A stretch of 64,000 nucleotides of DNA, taken from positions 233,184,001 to 233,248,000 of the forward strand of contig NC_058368.1 in the NCBI RefSeq assembly GCF_018350175.1, read 5' to 3'. The notes beneath the pieces are model-generated. The model made no database searches. It saw nothing but the letters and a program-made list of their open reading frames with translations, and was not told where the DNA came from. Source of the DNA: Felis catus. Its lineage: Eukaryota. Shown here piece after piece: positions 1 to 13,815 of this stretch. Within the stretch, counting starts at the first letter, position 1; each line of letters opens with the position of its first letter. The position numbers and the translations under genes were made by a program.

Positions 1-93
1 CCCTCCCCTGTTCATGCTCTGTCTCTCTCTGTCCCAAAAATAAATAAACGTTGAAAAAAAAATTTTTAAATAAATAAATAAATAAATAAATAA
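1..93 (+). mobile_element. CAN-SINE 3' end (cut by window edge)
   Basis: CT-rich tract, AATAAATAAACGTTG, A-tail with (TAAA)n. Confidence 0.9.
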
Positions 94-589
94 AGGTTCC
101 AAGATTACAATGTGGTCCAGCCAGGATTGCAAATCCCCGATTTTGTTAGATCTTAATCCGTCCCCAAACTTATTTCAAAAATTAAGGCAGGAAAATTCTA
201 CATCTGGAAAGATGGAGGGGACGTACAAATATGCATCTTGTCCTTCTTCCCAGCACGTGGTAAGGGTGAACTTCTGGTCCTATTAAAAATGAGAATGGCA
301 GATAATAATTTCCTCTGGCCTTTGATAGGTGAAAGGAGGTGAAATATTTCACTGCAGGTTAGAAGCTTTGGGAGCCCAATATATGATCTGGCAGGTTCCC
401 TTTGACCTGCTGGGGCAATTGCCAAAACTCACTGAGGTAAATGTTCGTCCATCTGAACCTTGGGTAACTATGATGAGAACATCCCTTCCAACCTGCATTG
501 AAGAAGTCATACAAACAAGAGATAAGAATCATTACCTTCAACCACTGAGATTTTGGGGATTCTCTGTTACTTCAGCAAAAGAAGTAACT

Positions 590-698
590 GTCAGTGCAGA
601 GCCCAATATAGGGCTCGAACCACACACTGTGAGATCATGACCTGAGCCTAAATCATGAGTCAGAGGCTTAACTGACTGAGCCCTCCGCCAGGCGCCCC
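590..698 (-). mobile_element. CAN-SINE 5' fragment
   Basis: Ends ...GACTGAGCC...CAGGCGCCCC, the reverse complement of the SINE head. Confidence 0.8.
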
Positions 699-2499
699 AA
701 AGGTATGTTCTTTTTTAATGTGTGACAACTATAAACGTATTTGAGACCTCACGTGGCAATTTCTGGGTTTTGGCAATGTGGCTTGGAGATTTCAGTATGT
801 TCCCAAGTTTTCTGAGTCCGAGGCCGAGAAGTGACAACAGTGGGTTCTTTTGGAAAGATGGTTCTAGAGTGACAGCAGATGTAACAAGAGCTGGTTTAGC
901 AATTTTGTGGTCAGCGAGTTAGATTTCAAGCGAATTTACAGAGAATGCTCATAGGAGTGCGATATAGTCAATCTTCTCCTTTGGGATTACTTGATTAGGT
1001 TTAGCATTCTGTACTTGAGATTTGTTATTAGCTAAGGCTTACACCAATGACCTAGGAAAATGACACGCAACTGGGGTCATGTGCATCAAATTACATGAAA
1101 AATTAAAATACCGAGGTTGCTTAGCACAGCTGCTTGCTATGAGATCCATTTCTAATAAAGATGATTATCATGGAACAAGGAGATGCATCTAAGGCTCTAA
1201 AGCCCAAAGGCATAATATAGTCGCCAAGGAAATAGGCAAAGACAGAAAAAGTGAGGAATTATTTCCCAACTTATGTTGTTGAGCATCAGGAATCAGGAAG
1301 AAATGTTCACTCTTTATGAAGAGAGAACCAAAGCTCTTCGGAGGGAATCTTCCGGCTGCCATCATCCTGGACCGATTCGAATTTGAAGTCACAAGTGACC
1401 TCTGTCTAGACGACACTTTCAAAGCTGCACCTAGCACTCCTGTGTTCTCTAATCCAAGTTCTTCTACTTTTGCCTCTGGCTCATGCCTTATCAAGTAGGG
1501 CCATGAAATAACCAGTCAGTCCTCAGCCAAACTTTAGAATAACAGCAGAGACAACAGCAAACACGTCCTGTTTGTGTGTTCTTTCTTGTGCTGCACGTGC
1601 TAAAAATAAAATGCCATTAGCTACCAGAGTCAAGGCAGAGCCTATAATTTGTCTGGCAGCTGGAATTGTATTTTTTTTTTTATTAGTCCTAACAGTGTAT
1701 CCTTGCGGTGGAGAATTACATGGTAAAACAGATTTTTTTTTAAAAAATGGTAAAAAGCTTTTTTTTTTTTTTTTAATACGTGCTTGGGAAAGCGGCCAGC
1801 GACAACAACAAAAATAGTCACTCCGCACACGAAGTCTGCAGCAAGGGTGGACAAGTGGGGAAGTCACGTGAGCACAGGTAGGGGACACTGGCAGGATGCG
1901 GAAGGCTGCGGAGCAAAGAGCGTCTCTCGCGACGAGGACAGTTTATGGGGGAGTCTCGACCCCCCAGGGATAAGCTGAGATAATATGCACCGGGCTACCG
2001 TTGGATCACTGATACCTGAGTGCAAACCCAAAAGCAGCGTCTGCGGAATATTCTGATGGAAGCGCTGCTTCACACATCTGTTACAGACTTCCAGATACGT
2101 CTTGATGTGAGAAGGTAAGCATTCTGTCCGTTTTCAGCCATGCGTTCCCAACATTTTGGATCTTGGTGCTCCCCCAGGCCTCAGGGCAGAAAACTCCACA
2201 AGACGTGCCCTTGCTGACCACCTCCTACTAAGACACACAACGGGGCCTGAAAGCGACTTGCGCGGCTCTTTTGATCGCTTAGCAGAGCGATGGCTCAGCG
2301 TGTGAGAACCTGCTCAACAGATCAAGCTGACCCCAAACCACTGCTCATCTTTCCTGACCAGGCCAACTGTCAGTCTGGAGAGCCTCCGCTGGTCGTAGTC
2401 AGGCAGCCGCTCCTGACCCTATACGTGGAGCACCAGAGGGACGGGGACACGGCACCCTGGCAGGTTGACTGTGGGATGTGGAGGCTAAGGTGTGGGGTA

Positions 2500-2845
2500 G
2501 TATGAGTTCAGGGGCCGCGATACCAAATTCATATGCAGAAATCCTAACCCCTGGCGCGTTGGTGTTTGGAGATGCGGCCCTGATTAGGTCACCAAGGTGG
2601 AAGCTTCAGGAATGGGATTAGTGCCCTGATCACAAAGGTCCCGGAGGGCTCCTTGGCCTCTTCTTGCCAGGTGAGGACACCAAGATAGACATCTGCGAAC
2701 CAGAGTGTGGGTCACCAGGCACTGAGTCCTCCCAGGGCCCTCATCCTGGCCATCCAGGCCTCCAGAACCGGGAGAAATAAATGCCTGCTGTTTCTAAGTC
2801 ACCTGCCAGTGGCGGTCTGTCCTAGCTGCCCAGACCCGCCGAGAA
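2500..2845 (+). mobile_element. MaLR solo LTR (MLT1A-like)
   Basis: AAATTCATATG...AATCCTAACCCC, ATGGGATTAGTGCCCT, CCTCCAGAAC...GAGAAATAAAT motifs. Confidence 0.75.
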
Positions 2846-4545
2846 AGGTGTGTGTGCTCTACCACTTAGCTCCTAAGTTGTCCCCTGAACCCCATGTCCT
2901 CCCCCCTGCACCACGTGCCCGTGCTGTTGGAAAGCAACCCCCACCCCAGCAAGGCCCAGGAGGGGCACAGAAGTAAACCACCACCCCAGGCAGCATTCTG
3001 TCCCTCTGCAGGGAAAAGAGCGCTAACTTCCCCTGCGGCCTCCGGACGGCTTCACGGAGGGCATGGTGGTTCGCGGGGGCCCTGAAGGCCGAGCAGGATT
3101 CGCACAGATCCGGGAGAAGGCGTCCGTCCAGGACGAAGGCGGGATGCCTGGGTGCCGAGAAGCCCCGCAGGGTTTGGAGGTCGGTGCTCTCAACGGGTCA
3201 CATCTGCCCAGATGGCGAAGGGCTCCCGGAGTGAAGGACCCCTGAATCAGGTGATGCCACGGCCCTCCTGGGAATACCCACGGCGGGAGGACAGTGGTCA
3301 CTAGGCGGTCCCAGAACGTGGAGCCGAGGTGGACAAAGACCCGTTGGGATAAGACTTTGGCTTCGGGGTGGTTTTCCACCTCTCCCCCAACACTCTGCTT
3401 CCTCTAAAGGGGAGTGAGGTGAGCACGGCACACCTTCTGGTAAACACACACTTATTTTAAAATAACACGTTTTTCTAAACATTTATCTCCGTCTTGTTTG
3501 GTATCATGGGATAGATCCCACTTTTTCTCTTCCAGTAATTGGGATTTGTGTTTTGTTTCTTCTGTGAGATCTGGGCTTTGCATTTGTTGCCAAAATGGAT
3601 CTAAGGTGGTCAGTTTCAAAGGCGGAAAGACTAGCTCCCGTTAAAATTCTACTAAAAATTTTAAAATAAAATAAAATGCTACTAAAACACCTGTATTCAA
3701 ACACCAAGTAAAACAGCTCATCGTTCTACGACGATCTGTAAAGAATTATAATTTTCTAGTAAGCCTTATTGATCTCACTGTTAGCAACATAAATACCAGG
3801 AGAAAAAATTGTAAAAGGTCACCCAACTCCTTCTTTTTATCTTTTTCCCCCAAAACGTACAATACCATTAACAGAAGTTAAGCGTTTAAAAGTAACTAAA
3901 AATTCCATTATTCAGGTGTTGACAGACGTAGGTTTCTGAGAACAAAGGTTTTCAAGAATTGAGGTCAGGCCCAAAATAGAAAATTTATAGGGGAACTCAA
4001 CCTAAAATATTCCAGTTTCTGCAGGTGGAGGACGAGTTGATAAAAAGGAGAGGTTTATCATGTTAAATTGAAGATGGATGCAAGGTTCTTTTTCACTCCT
4101 CCTGCCAACTGCCCTTTTCCTTAATATACAACTGACTTTGACCTTCTCAAGTATCCATTTCCAGAAGACAACTAGTCTTTCTGAACAGGGAGTAAGATCA
4201 GGGCATCACAGTTTTCACCAGAATTTCTGTAAATGGACTACTGTCAACCCCCGAACTCTATATGCAGCTTTTTAAACATGAAGGCAAAATAAAGACATTT
4301 TTAGGCAAACACGAGTGTTGACAATCCATTGCAGCGATTTGTATAAAACATATTAAAGAAAATTCTTCAGGCTGAAGGAAAATGACAATTCGTAAAACTT
4401 GTATCTACGAGAAGGAAGGTAAAAAAGTGAAAATGATCAGTAAGTAAATATGACAGACTTTAAAATTTCATTTTAAACTGTAGAGAATCAGTTCTCAAAC
4501 TTTTTAGCCACAAGACCCCTTTATGTCAAAAAAAAAAACTGAGAG

Positions 4546-4766
4546 GGGGCGCCTGAGTGGCTCAGTCAGTTAAGTGTCCAACTTCGGCTCAGGTCATGAT
4601 CTCACAGTTCGTGAGTTCAAGCCCCGTGTCGGGCTCTGGGCTGACAGCTCAGAGCCTGGAGCTGCTTCGGATTCTGTGTCTCCCTCTGTCTGCCCATCCA
4701 CTGCTTGCACTCTGTCTCTTGCATTGTCTCAAACGCAAATAAACATTAAAAAAATTTTTTTTTAAA
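4546..4766 (+). mobile_element. CAN-SINE
   Basis: GGGGCGCCTG head, A/B boxes, CT tract, A-tail. Confidence 0.92.
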
Positions 4767-5064
4767 CTGAGGATATCAAAGACATTTTCTTTGTGTGAAT
4801 TATAGCTACTCATATATTTAGCATATTAAGAACTAAAACTGAATAATAATATGTGTATATTCTTATTTTCAAGTGAATTTGTGTCTATAACATGAATACA
4901 TATAATATTTATATATGTAAAATAAATATATGTATAAAGTGAATATATATAATATGTATCTTCAATAAATAAATTTATTCAAGTAAAGATAGATTTACTT
5001 GAAAATAACAAGAATCCCACACCTGTTAACAAAAATAACATCTTTTTAAAGAAGTTTAACTGTA

Positions 5065-5096
5065 TTTTATTTTTTCTAAGTTTATTTATTTATTTT

Positions 5097-5127
<31 letters not shown>

Positions 5128-5283
5128 GGGGGGAGGGGCAGAGAGAGAGGGAGACAGAGGATTCCAAGCAGGCTCCACTCAGCACAGAGCCTGATGGAGA
5201 GCTCGATCTCACGTCTGCGAGATCATGATCTGAGCTGATACCAAGAGTTGGACGCTCAACTGACTGAGCCACCCAGGCACCCC
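5065..5283 (-). mobile_element. CAN-SINE
   Basis: T-tail, (GA)n, ends CCACCCAGGCACCCC. Confidence 0.92.
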
Positions 5284-5726
5284 AATATAACTGAATTTTA
5301 AAACAAAATCATTAGCAAGAACAGTGGAACTGTTTTCTATTTTTTGCAAATTTCTTTAATGTCTGAAGTAAGAGAAGACAGCTAGATTCTCACATCTGCT
5401 TCGTATTCAGTCTGTTACAACACCATATGTTATTTAGCCTCTGAAAATGAAAATATACCCTCATGAAAGAATGAGAGTAAAAAGGTAAATAAACTTTCTG
5501 GAAATAGTTCGAACCTCAGGTACGACCTGAAAAAATTTCAGGGTACCTGGGCCACAATTTGAGAAAAATCGATTTACGGCAAAAGTCATAACAATGTATT
5601 TGGAGTTTGTAACATATGGAGAAGGACAAAGCTCGCATACGGGATGGGAAGCAGGAGATGGAAATCTACTCCTGCAAAGTTCTCACACTCCACCTGTGTT
5701 ATAATCAACTTAAAGGTAAACCAATA

Positions 5727-5950
5727 GGGGCGCCTGGGTGGCGCAGTCGGTTAAGCGTCCGACTTCAGCCAGGTCACGATCTTGCGGTCCGTGAGTTCGA
5801 GCCCCGCGTCGGGCTCTGGGCTGATGGCCCAGAGCCTGGAGCCTGTTTCCGATTCTGTGTCTCCCTCTCTCTCTGCCCCTCCCCCGTTCATGCTCTGTCT
5901 CTCTCTGCCTCAAAAATAAATAAAACGTTGAAAAAAAAATTAAAAAAAAA
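5727..5950 (+). mobile_element. Young CAN-SINE (SINEC_Fc-like) with 15-bp TSD
   Basis: CpG-intact body. TSD AAAGGTAAACCAATA at 5712-5726 and 5951-5965. Confidence 0.95.
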
Positions 5951-8242
5951 AAAGGTAAACCAATAAGTCAACATTGTATATTAAACCCAAGAAAGCCCCA
6001 GGGAGGAGGTGTGGGGAGAGAGAAAAGAAGGGAGTTAATAAACCAAGAGTGGAGATAATGAAGAATACCAAACTTTAATCACCGGATCTCCAAAAAGACA
6101 GGAAAAGATGGGAAAGGGATTAATAAGCAGATGGCATGAATAGTAAATAAATGGCAAGAAGGAAAATTAAACACCAAAATAGCAGAAATTATAGTAAAGT
6201 TATCTAAACAGTCCAAATCATCTTTTATAAAACCTAAATTATCTAAAACAAATAAAAAATAAAATTATCTAAACAGTCTAGTTCAGCATTTTTTTAAAGC
6301 AGGTCTGTAAAACTGTGTGCCAAGTCTAGGGACATACATTAAATATAAAACCACAGTGAAAGTATGGGGGGGAAATACCACTGTGAATACTTACTATAAC
6401 AAGCTTCAAAAGATACATTAAGATTAGATAAAGCAGTTTTCAAGACAATGAAAAAGAAGAGGGTCAAATAATGGTAAGAGTAGATAAATCAAAGAAGACT
6501 CACAAGTTCTCTGTGTGTATACACCTATTCTAGACCTTCCACGTACATAAAGAATTGACACAGGTAAAGGGATTTAAAAAACCAATCTACAACCAGAGTG
6601 GGGAATTTTACCAGTGGTATCTCAACTGCCATGGAACATTAGACAAAACAATAATAATAATTAATAATAATAATGATGGAAGACACTTGAATAATGGAAT
6701 GGCATGATCAACCAACCTAATCGACATTTATGAAACACCCCACCCCAACAGAGCAGACCGTACATTCAAACGAACAATGAATACTCACCAAGATAAAAAT
6801 ACAAATACTTAATCATCACACACATTTCAAGACATGTAAAGGATTGAAATTATATCGTGTATGGTCTCTGACCACAACAGAATTAAAATAAGAAATCAAC
6901 AAAATTACTTGAAGTCTCTCCCAAATATTTGGTAATTAAACAACACAATTCCAAATAACATGTGGCTCAAAGAAGAAATGACAAGAAACATTAAAAATAG
7001 TTTACTAAGTGATGAATTTAAAGCTACATATTAAATACGAGCTGCAGGTAAAGCAGCCCATTCAAGAAACATATAGCTTTGCATGATTATATTAGGAAAG
7101 ATTAAAAACAAAAAACAAAAAAACTCAAATCAGTGACCTAAGCTTTCACCTTAAGAATCTGGAAAAAGAACAATTTAAATGCAAAGTAGAAGGAAAGAAA
7201 TGAGAAGTAGGAGAGTAGAAGCAACAAAAAATATAAAATAAATAGTAATGAAACCCAGTGTCCCGTGTAAGCAGCTTGGAAGCCATCACTCCGTCCTAAC
7301 AAATAAAAAGTTGAGCAAAGTGAAAAATCAACAGCTCCTCCTAGATCTGTCAGAGAAGTGAGGTCACGGGACAAACCACAGCCCCTAAAATTTTAGAGAC
7401 ACGGGCAGATGCAGAGAATCACAATTTACCGAAACAGAAGTCCATGAGCAGAGACGTCCAAGAGAAACAGGGCTTGGTTGGGAAAGCCTGAAATGTAAGT
7501 GATGAGTTGCTGAAGGCTCAGAACAGACAAGCCTGAGATGTAACAGCTCCAGCAAGACACAGTCATGGTGGGAAGTGGCAGGGAGGTGGGGGGACACACA
7601 CATTCAAGACTTTTATCTCCAGGAGCTTCACCAGTTTCCCACAGTGAAGATCAGAGATAAGTCTCCTGTGCATCTGGCAGAGGGAGGGGAAAAGAAACCA
7701 TTTCTTAATACACCAGAACGTTCTGTCCTACTTAGCAAGGCCTGCCCTCGAGAGAAACTACTTTCCCAGAGTCTAACTTACTGGAGTTTGCTCAGAGCCT
7801 AACAAACCTGGGGTAAGGAAAATGCCCAACTTCAAGCCCATCTACCTTCCAAGTGGGAGAAGGGATACATTCCCTCAAGCTCTTTCTAGCCATCTCATAT
7901 CACTTATCAGGGTGAAAAAAAAAAAACAAAAACTGAGAAACATTTGTAAAGTTTATAGTCCAGGCGCAAAGGCTCACTAAAAGACTAAGACCTAATCACA
8001 GGACTGTAGAATGTTTCCCCTCACCCCACAACCCACCACAACATTACTGAAGGCCTATTTATCACAGTCCTTTTGCCCAGTATGTGATGTCTGCCCTTTC
8101 ACAAAAAAGTACAAGGCATACTAAAAGCAAAAAATAAAAAACAAAAAACATAGTCTGAAGGACAGAATAAGTATCTGAACCAGACCCAAATATGGCAAGG
8201 ATGTTGAAATCATGGACCATGATTTAAAACAACTATGATTAA

Positions 8243-8465
8243 GGGGTGCCTGGGTGGCTCAGTCAGTTGAGCGTCAGACTTCGGCCCTGGTCACGATCTC
8301 ATGGTTCACAACTTCAAGCCCCCCGTCGGGCAATGTACTGAGAGCTTAGAGCCTAAAGCCTGGTTCAGATTCTGTGTCTTCCTCTCTCTCTTCCCCTCCC
8401 CCACTCAAGCTCTCTTTCTCTCTCTCAAAAACAAGTAAGAACATCAAAAAATGTTTAAAGAATAT
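8243..8465 (+). mobile_element. CAN-SINE
   Basis: Head GGGGTGCCTGGGTGGCTCAG, degenerate TSD TTTAAAACAACT. Confidence 0.92.
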
Positions 8466-8603
8466 TTAAAACAACTGTGGTGAAAATGTTGAGGGCTTTT
8501 ATTGTATTTCTATATGTTAGCAGCTAACAATGGGGAAATTAAGTTAAAGCAATACCATTTACAATGGCAAAAAAAAATGTGAAATACTTAAAAAAAAATT
8601 AAG

Positions 8604-8822
8604 GGGGCGCCTGGATGGCGCAGTCGGTTAAGCGTCCGACTTCAGCCGGGTCACGATCTCGCGGTCCGGGAGTTCGAGCCCCCCGTCAGGCTCTGGGCTG
8701 ATGGCTCAGAGCCTGGAGCCTGTTTCCGATTCTGTGTCTCCCTCTCTCTCTGCCCCTCCCCCGTTCATGCTCTGTCTCTCTCTGTCCCAAAAATAAATAA
8801 ACGTTGAAAAAAAAAATTAAAA
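8604..8822 (+). mobile_element. Young CAN-SINE
   Basis: CpG-intact body, flanked by AAAAAAAATTAAG repeats. Confidence 0.93.
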
Positions 8823-9811
8823 AAAAAATTAAGAAAAGGAGTCAGGACTAGCACATTAAAAACTGAAAACTACTGAAAGAAATCAAAGGCTTATGAAAAT
8901 AAATATATGCATTATGTAATCATTGGAAGACGGCATAGTCTAAGAATGTCAATCCCCCCACACACATTGATCTATATATTTAATACAATTCCATCAAAAT
9001 CCCAGCAGGTTGTTGAAAAAGGAGACAATCTAGTTCTAAAACTTGCATGGAAAAGACTTAGATTTGTCAAAGCATCTTAAGAAAAGAATAACAGATCGGC
9101 AAATGTAAATCATCTATTTTCAAGACTGATGGTAAAGCTAAATGTTCGTGACTGTGTAATATTGACCTAGAAGGGCATATAGACCAATGGTGCAGACTAA
9201 ACAATCCAGAAGTATTAGGACACATACATGTTCGAGAGATCTGGGGAAAGGATAGTCTTCTCAACAAATGGTACTGGAACCATTAAGATATCCGTATGGA
9301 AGAAAACAAACTGTAACTCTTATCTCACAGTGTTGCTAGAAATCAACTCAATGTAAAACTGTTACATAAATGTGAAATAGTCTTCTAATGTGTTTAAGCA
9401 ATTATGTCAGAGATACCGGCTCCCGAGACCACACCTTTACCTCTTAGGCCACACTATCTGTAATATAATGTGGTGAACCTTATAGGTCAGAGAAAATTAA
9501 ATATAGTAATGGACTGTCCTACATCTTAGTTACTAATTCAATGGCATGCATCTCCCTCCTGTGAGCAAAGCAATGTAGCCATAAAGTCTGCTCATCAAAG
9601 AAGAAGAAACACATAGGAAGCAGTTGTGGGTTGGTAAGAGCTTCTTCATTCTTGCCATCGGACTGTGAAAATCAAATTTTCAGTCATGAGTCCAGAAGGC
9701 AGGATTCAGTTCAAGAACAGATTGACCATTGTAAGACACAGCCAATATTTCCCCAGATCTGGCTTGTGCCCAGAATGTGGTAAGTTCTTTGTGTGTGTTT
9801 AAATGACAAGA

Positions 9812-10066
9812 GGGGTGCCTGGGTGGCTCAGTCGGTTAAGCTCCCAACTTCAGCTCGGGTCATGATCTCACAGTCCGTGAGTCCGAGCCCTGCATCGGAC
9901 TCTGTGCTGACAGCTCAGAGCCTGGAGCCTGCTTTGGATTCTGTGTCTCCCTCTCTCTGTGCCTCTCCCCTGCTCATACTCTGTCTGTCTCTGTCTCAAA
10001 AATAAATAAAAACGTCAAAAAATTTTTTAATAAAATAAAATAAAATAAAATAAAATAAAATAAAAC
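9812..10066 (+). mobile_element. CAN-SINE with (TAAAA)n tail
   Basis: SINE head and body, TSD-like AAATGAC.AGA. Confidence 0.92.
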
Positions 10067-11869
10067 AAATGACTAGATCATGAGCATTCCAAGCCAAAAT
10101 GGCTATTCAAGATCTTATTATTTTCTAAGCTCTTCATTATTTGATAGACAGGCTATAAAAATAAGATATTCCTTCTTCATAGTGAGAAAACTATGAGTCA
10201 GGGGGTTATGAGAAATTACAGGAAGCTGTACCACAAAGTAGAACAAAAGTGTCTAGGAGGGTTGAACACTCACGTGCTCTGGACTGTTCAGAGAGAGACT
10301 GAGGTATCAGATAAGACTTTTTGGAGGGGCAGCTATTTGAGATACAGCTTTACAAATAAATGTGAAAATTCACTGAATGCCATTAATACCTGGGAGAAAC
10401 ATGCCTGTTATTTGCATTATTTTTATGTTTCAGGGGCCCGCCTTTCCCGTGTAGTTTGCGAATTTCAAGCCCTGAGTGCTACACTTGATCTTAGGCAAAA
10501 GCTTCAGAGAACAAATGGCTCTAACTATTGAGAACTCTTAGTTAATGGACTCTGGATGAGGTTTTAGTACATAAAGTACCTTCTCTGTGACAAGCTGATG
10601 GAAAGATTAATTGTATACCTCCAGTGTTTGAAGACTCCAACCAAGTGAATTGCTTTAAATACTCAGTAACTTAACCTGCATAAAAACTGATAATAGCAAT
10701 TATAAATAGAATTGTGCATACTTTATATCGAGTGCATAGACATCAGTCTGACTCAAGATGGGGCCAATATGTGATATATACGATAGTAATGAAGATTGCC
10801 ATTAGAGGAATAAAAAAAGACAAAACAACAACAACTGATGACCAATTCAATTAAATCAGATTCATAAGAAAACCAGCTGGATATTCCTACAGAGACCTCA
10901 AGAGAAATCTCAAGATAATGAAATGAATTTCAGTAAAAGTCAACAGCTGGATGCATGCTAGGCCACTGCCAACAACCACCGCCTCCCCCCCCCCCCCCCC
11001 CCCCCGCCTCCGAGAAAAACCACACAAAACAGAAACTCTGAATCTTAGAAACATTTAGAACCAACTTTCCTACTAATTCCTATAGAGACACGGGGTGAAA
11101 GAGCCTCCTGATACACAATGAGACCAGAATGAATCAGAAGCCCTATTCCTTGCGAAAGGCTCTCTGGGTATGTAACTTTCCTTACCCGGAAATCATTAGC
11201 ATTCAATTCCGTTTCATGCCCACATTCAACTGGAATTCTGCAGGGGACAGCCTCAGACTTTCCCAACCAGACACGTGAAAAATATTCCAGCTCTGGGTAG
11301 CCTGTGATGGAAAAGAGCTACTGATTTCATCATCTTCTATCTCCAGCCAAATTATGACCCCCAGAAAGAAGAAAAATTCTCCTTGCGAGGTATCTCTCCA
11401 TTCCTTTCGTCTTTTCTCTCTTCCTATTTTTCCCACTCCCCTTCAACAGGAGCACTATTTGCTTTCTGCCTTCCGTTTTGACTTTTCTCCTGTTGATTTC
11501 CTGCCTTAGGGAAATAGGATGGCCATCTCTTCTTCCTAGTGCTCCAGTACTGAAGGACCATCTTAATCTGGAAATATGTGAAGATCAGTATGATATCTTC
11601 AACGGCTCTTCAGATAGCCCTTTGATGCATACGCCATTCCTGGGGCCGGATTTGCACCCCCTCCCCCGCCCCAAGAGTCCCCAGGCTCCCTGCCTGTGAA
11701 GCATTCACACTCAGTGAGCTCAGCACTGGTAGAATATCAGGGAAGAAAAAAAATCTGTCCTACACATTAGAGAAGGTGCGTTTTTTTTTTTCTTTCTTCC
11801 CTTGGAGTTCTTTCTCAACTTCATGGGTTGGTCTAGTCACTAATAATAACTTGGTAACTCAATGAGATA

Positions 11870-12355
11870 TGTTAGTTTTCTATTGTTGCATTAAAATTTA
11901 CCACGAAAGTCATGGCTTAACCTATGCCTGTTTACCATCTCACATTTCTACAGTGGAAGTCCAGGTGGCTTAGCAGGGTCACCAGGGTCATGAGGTCAAA
12001 ATCTAGGCGTCCACCAGTCTGGGCTCTTACCTGGAGCCTCTGTTCTGGAATTTACCCTCACACGTATTCAGGCTGTCTACCACATTCAGCTCTCTGTGGG
12101 TGTAGGACTGAGGTCCCCATTCTCTTGCTGCTGTTAGCTGGATACTTAAATTATCTTGACATTCTAGCCCATCCAGTTAATTCAGAATAATCTCCCTATT
12201 TGAAGGTCGACTAAGCAGAAAACGTAATTATATTTGCAAAATCCTATTGCCATGTAACATACTCACAAGCATGATATCTCCTCATGTTCACAGGCTCCAG
12301 AGGTTGGCTTATGGTGTCTTGGGGGAGGGGGTGTGATTTCTAGTATTCTGCCAGA
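11870..12355 (-). mobile_element. MaLR LTR (MLT1E/F-like)
   Basis: TTAGTTTTCTATTGTTGCAT...AATTTACCAC, GTAGGACTGAGGTCCCCATT, ATAATCTCCCTATTT motifs. Confidence 0.65.
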
Positions 12356-12864
12356 ACATGAAGCTCTTAGTCAAATACATATAATTTTATTTTTAATTTA
12401 TTGCACCTGTCACTATGATCATAAGTTTTTTCATCAAAAGTCTTGGGCTTATTTTAGATATTAGATTTCAAAAAAAAATTTGTGGATAACTTTACCCCTT
12501 ATTTGTTTAAGTAATCTGGAGATTTTGTTTTGCTTTGTTTCTCTTTTAAATCTAAAGGCTATCGTACATCATTTTTATCAACAACTTAACAATGATGGCC
12601 GTTACGAATTTTTAAAACAGTCTTGACCTCAGATTTAACACTCACTACAAGTTTTCTTTTTATTTGTATTTTAATTTTTACTTAACTGAAAAGTCGCTGT
12701 GGATTTGATCATGTGATTCTCTCTGTAAAATCTTTCAAAATCTCTTCTGGACATTAGAGAAATCCCAATTGCCATCAGACAACACACATGATTATTTATA
12801 ACACAACCGCATTCCACAGACATCATTTCATTTTTTCTCATTCTTGCCCTCTCTTTGCTATGCA

Positions 12865-13815
12865 GGTCACAAAATTCTAAACACAAGTTTCAAGAACTTG
12901 AAAAGTGTTGAAATCATACAGAGTGTATTATATCACAACAACAAAACTAAATGGAAATAAGACCGATATGGGGCACCTGCGTGGCTCGGTGGGTTAAGCG
13001 TCTGGCTCTTGATTATAGCTCAGGTCATGATGTCATAGTTCATGTGTTCAAGCCCTGCACTGAACTCTGTACAGACAGCACAGAGCCTTCATGGGATTCT
13101 CTGCCTCCCTTTCTCTCTCCGCCCCTCCCCTGCTTGTTCTCTTTCTCTCTCTCAAAATAAATAAATAAAAACATTTAATTTAAAAAAAAATGAAATAAGG
13201 ACTGATCCCGAAAAATATCCCAAATATTTGAAAATTCAGCAACACAGTTTGAAATAATCCATGGATCGAAACAGAAGTCACAAAGGAAATTAGAATATTT
13301 TGAGCTGAATGAAAGTGGAAAGATAACATACCAATATTTGTGGGATATAACTAAAGCAATGGATAGAGGAATCATTACAGCATTAAAAACCTGTATGAGA
13401 AATGGAGAAAGATGTAAAATTAATTATCTACCACAACGGTCTAGAAACAAAGAGCAAATTAACTGCAAAGAATGTGGAAGCTAAGAAAAAAATTAAATAA
13501 GCACATGAATAAAATATAAAAAGGATAGATCAGAAAAAAATTAATGAAACCAAAGCTGGTTTCATATTAATCTTTGAAAAGATCAATAAAATCGACAAAC
13601 CTTTAGTAAGAATGGTCAAGAAGATAGAGAAGACCCAAATTACTAACATCAGAGATGAAAGATGGGGCCATCATCACATATTCTACAAATATTAAAAGAA
13701 TAATGGGGAATAATGTGAACAACGTCATGTCAATAAACTTGGCAGTCTAGGTGAAATGGACAGCTGCCTTGATATGAAACGAACACAAGAACAAATAGAA
13801 AATGTGGACAGGCCC
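12865..13815 (+). mobile_element. L1 ORF2 fragment with nested CAN-SINE (12969-13190)
   Basis: TTTGAAAAGATCAATAAAATCGACAAACCTTTAG and other ORF2 motifs. SINE with degenerate TSD. Confidence 0.8.

Larger units (their letters stand above)
4489..5568. mobile_element. hAT-Charlie-type non-autonomous DNA transposon (Charlie4a-like) with two nested SINEs
   Basis: TIR-like ends GTTCTCAAAC / TTTGAGAA. Internal TTTTTGCAAATTTCTTTAATGTCTG...AGAAGACAGCTAGATTCTCA matches the recalled consensus. Confidence 0.65.
4300..9365 (+). mobile_element. Old fragmented L1 (L1M-type), interrupted by a MITE, SINEs and an L1 5'-end piece
   Basis: A-rich strand with degenerate ORF2 motifs (CTCTGACCACAACAGAATTAAA, AATTCCATCAAAATCCCAGCAG, AGTCTTCTCAACAAATGGTACTGGAAC). 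Confidence 0.75.
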
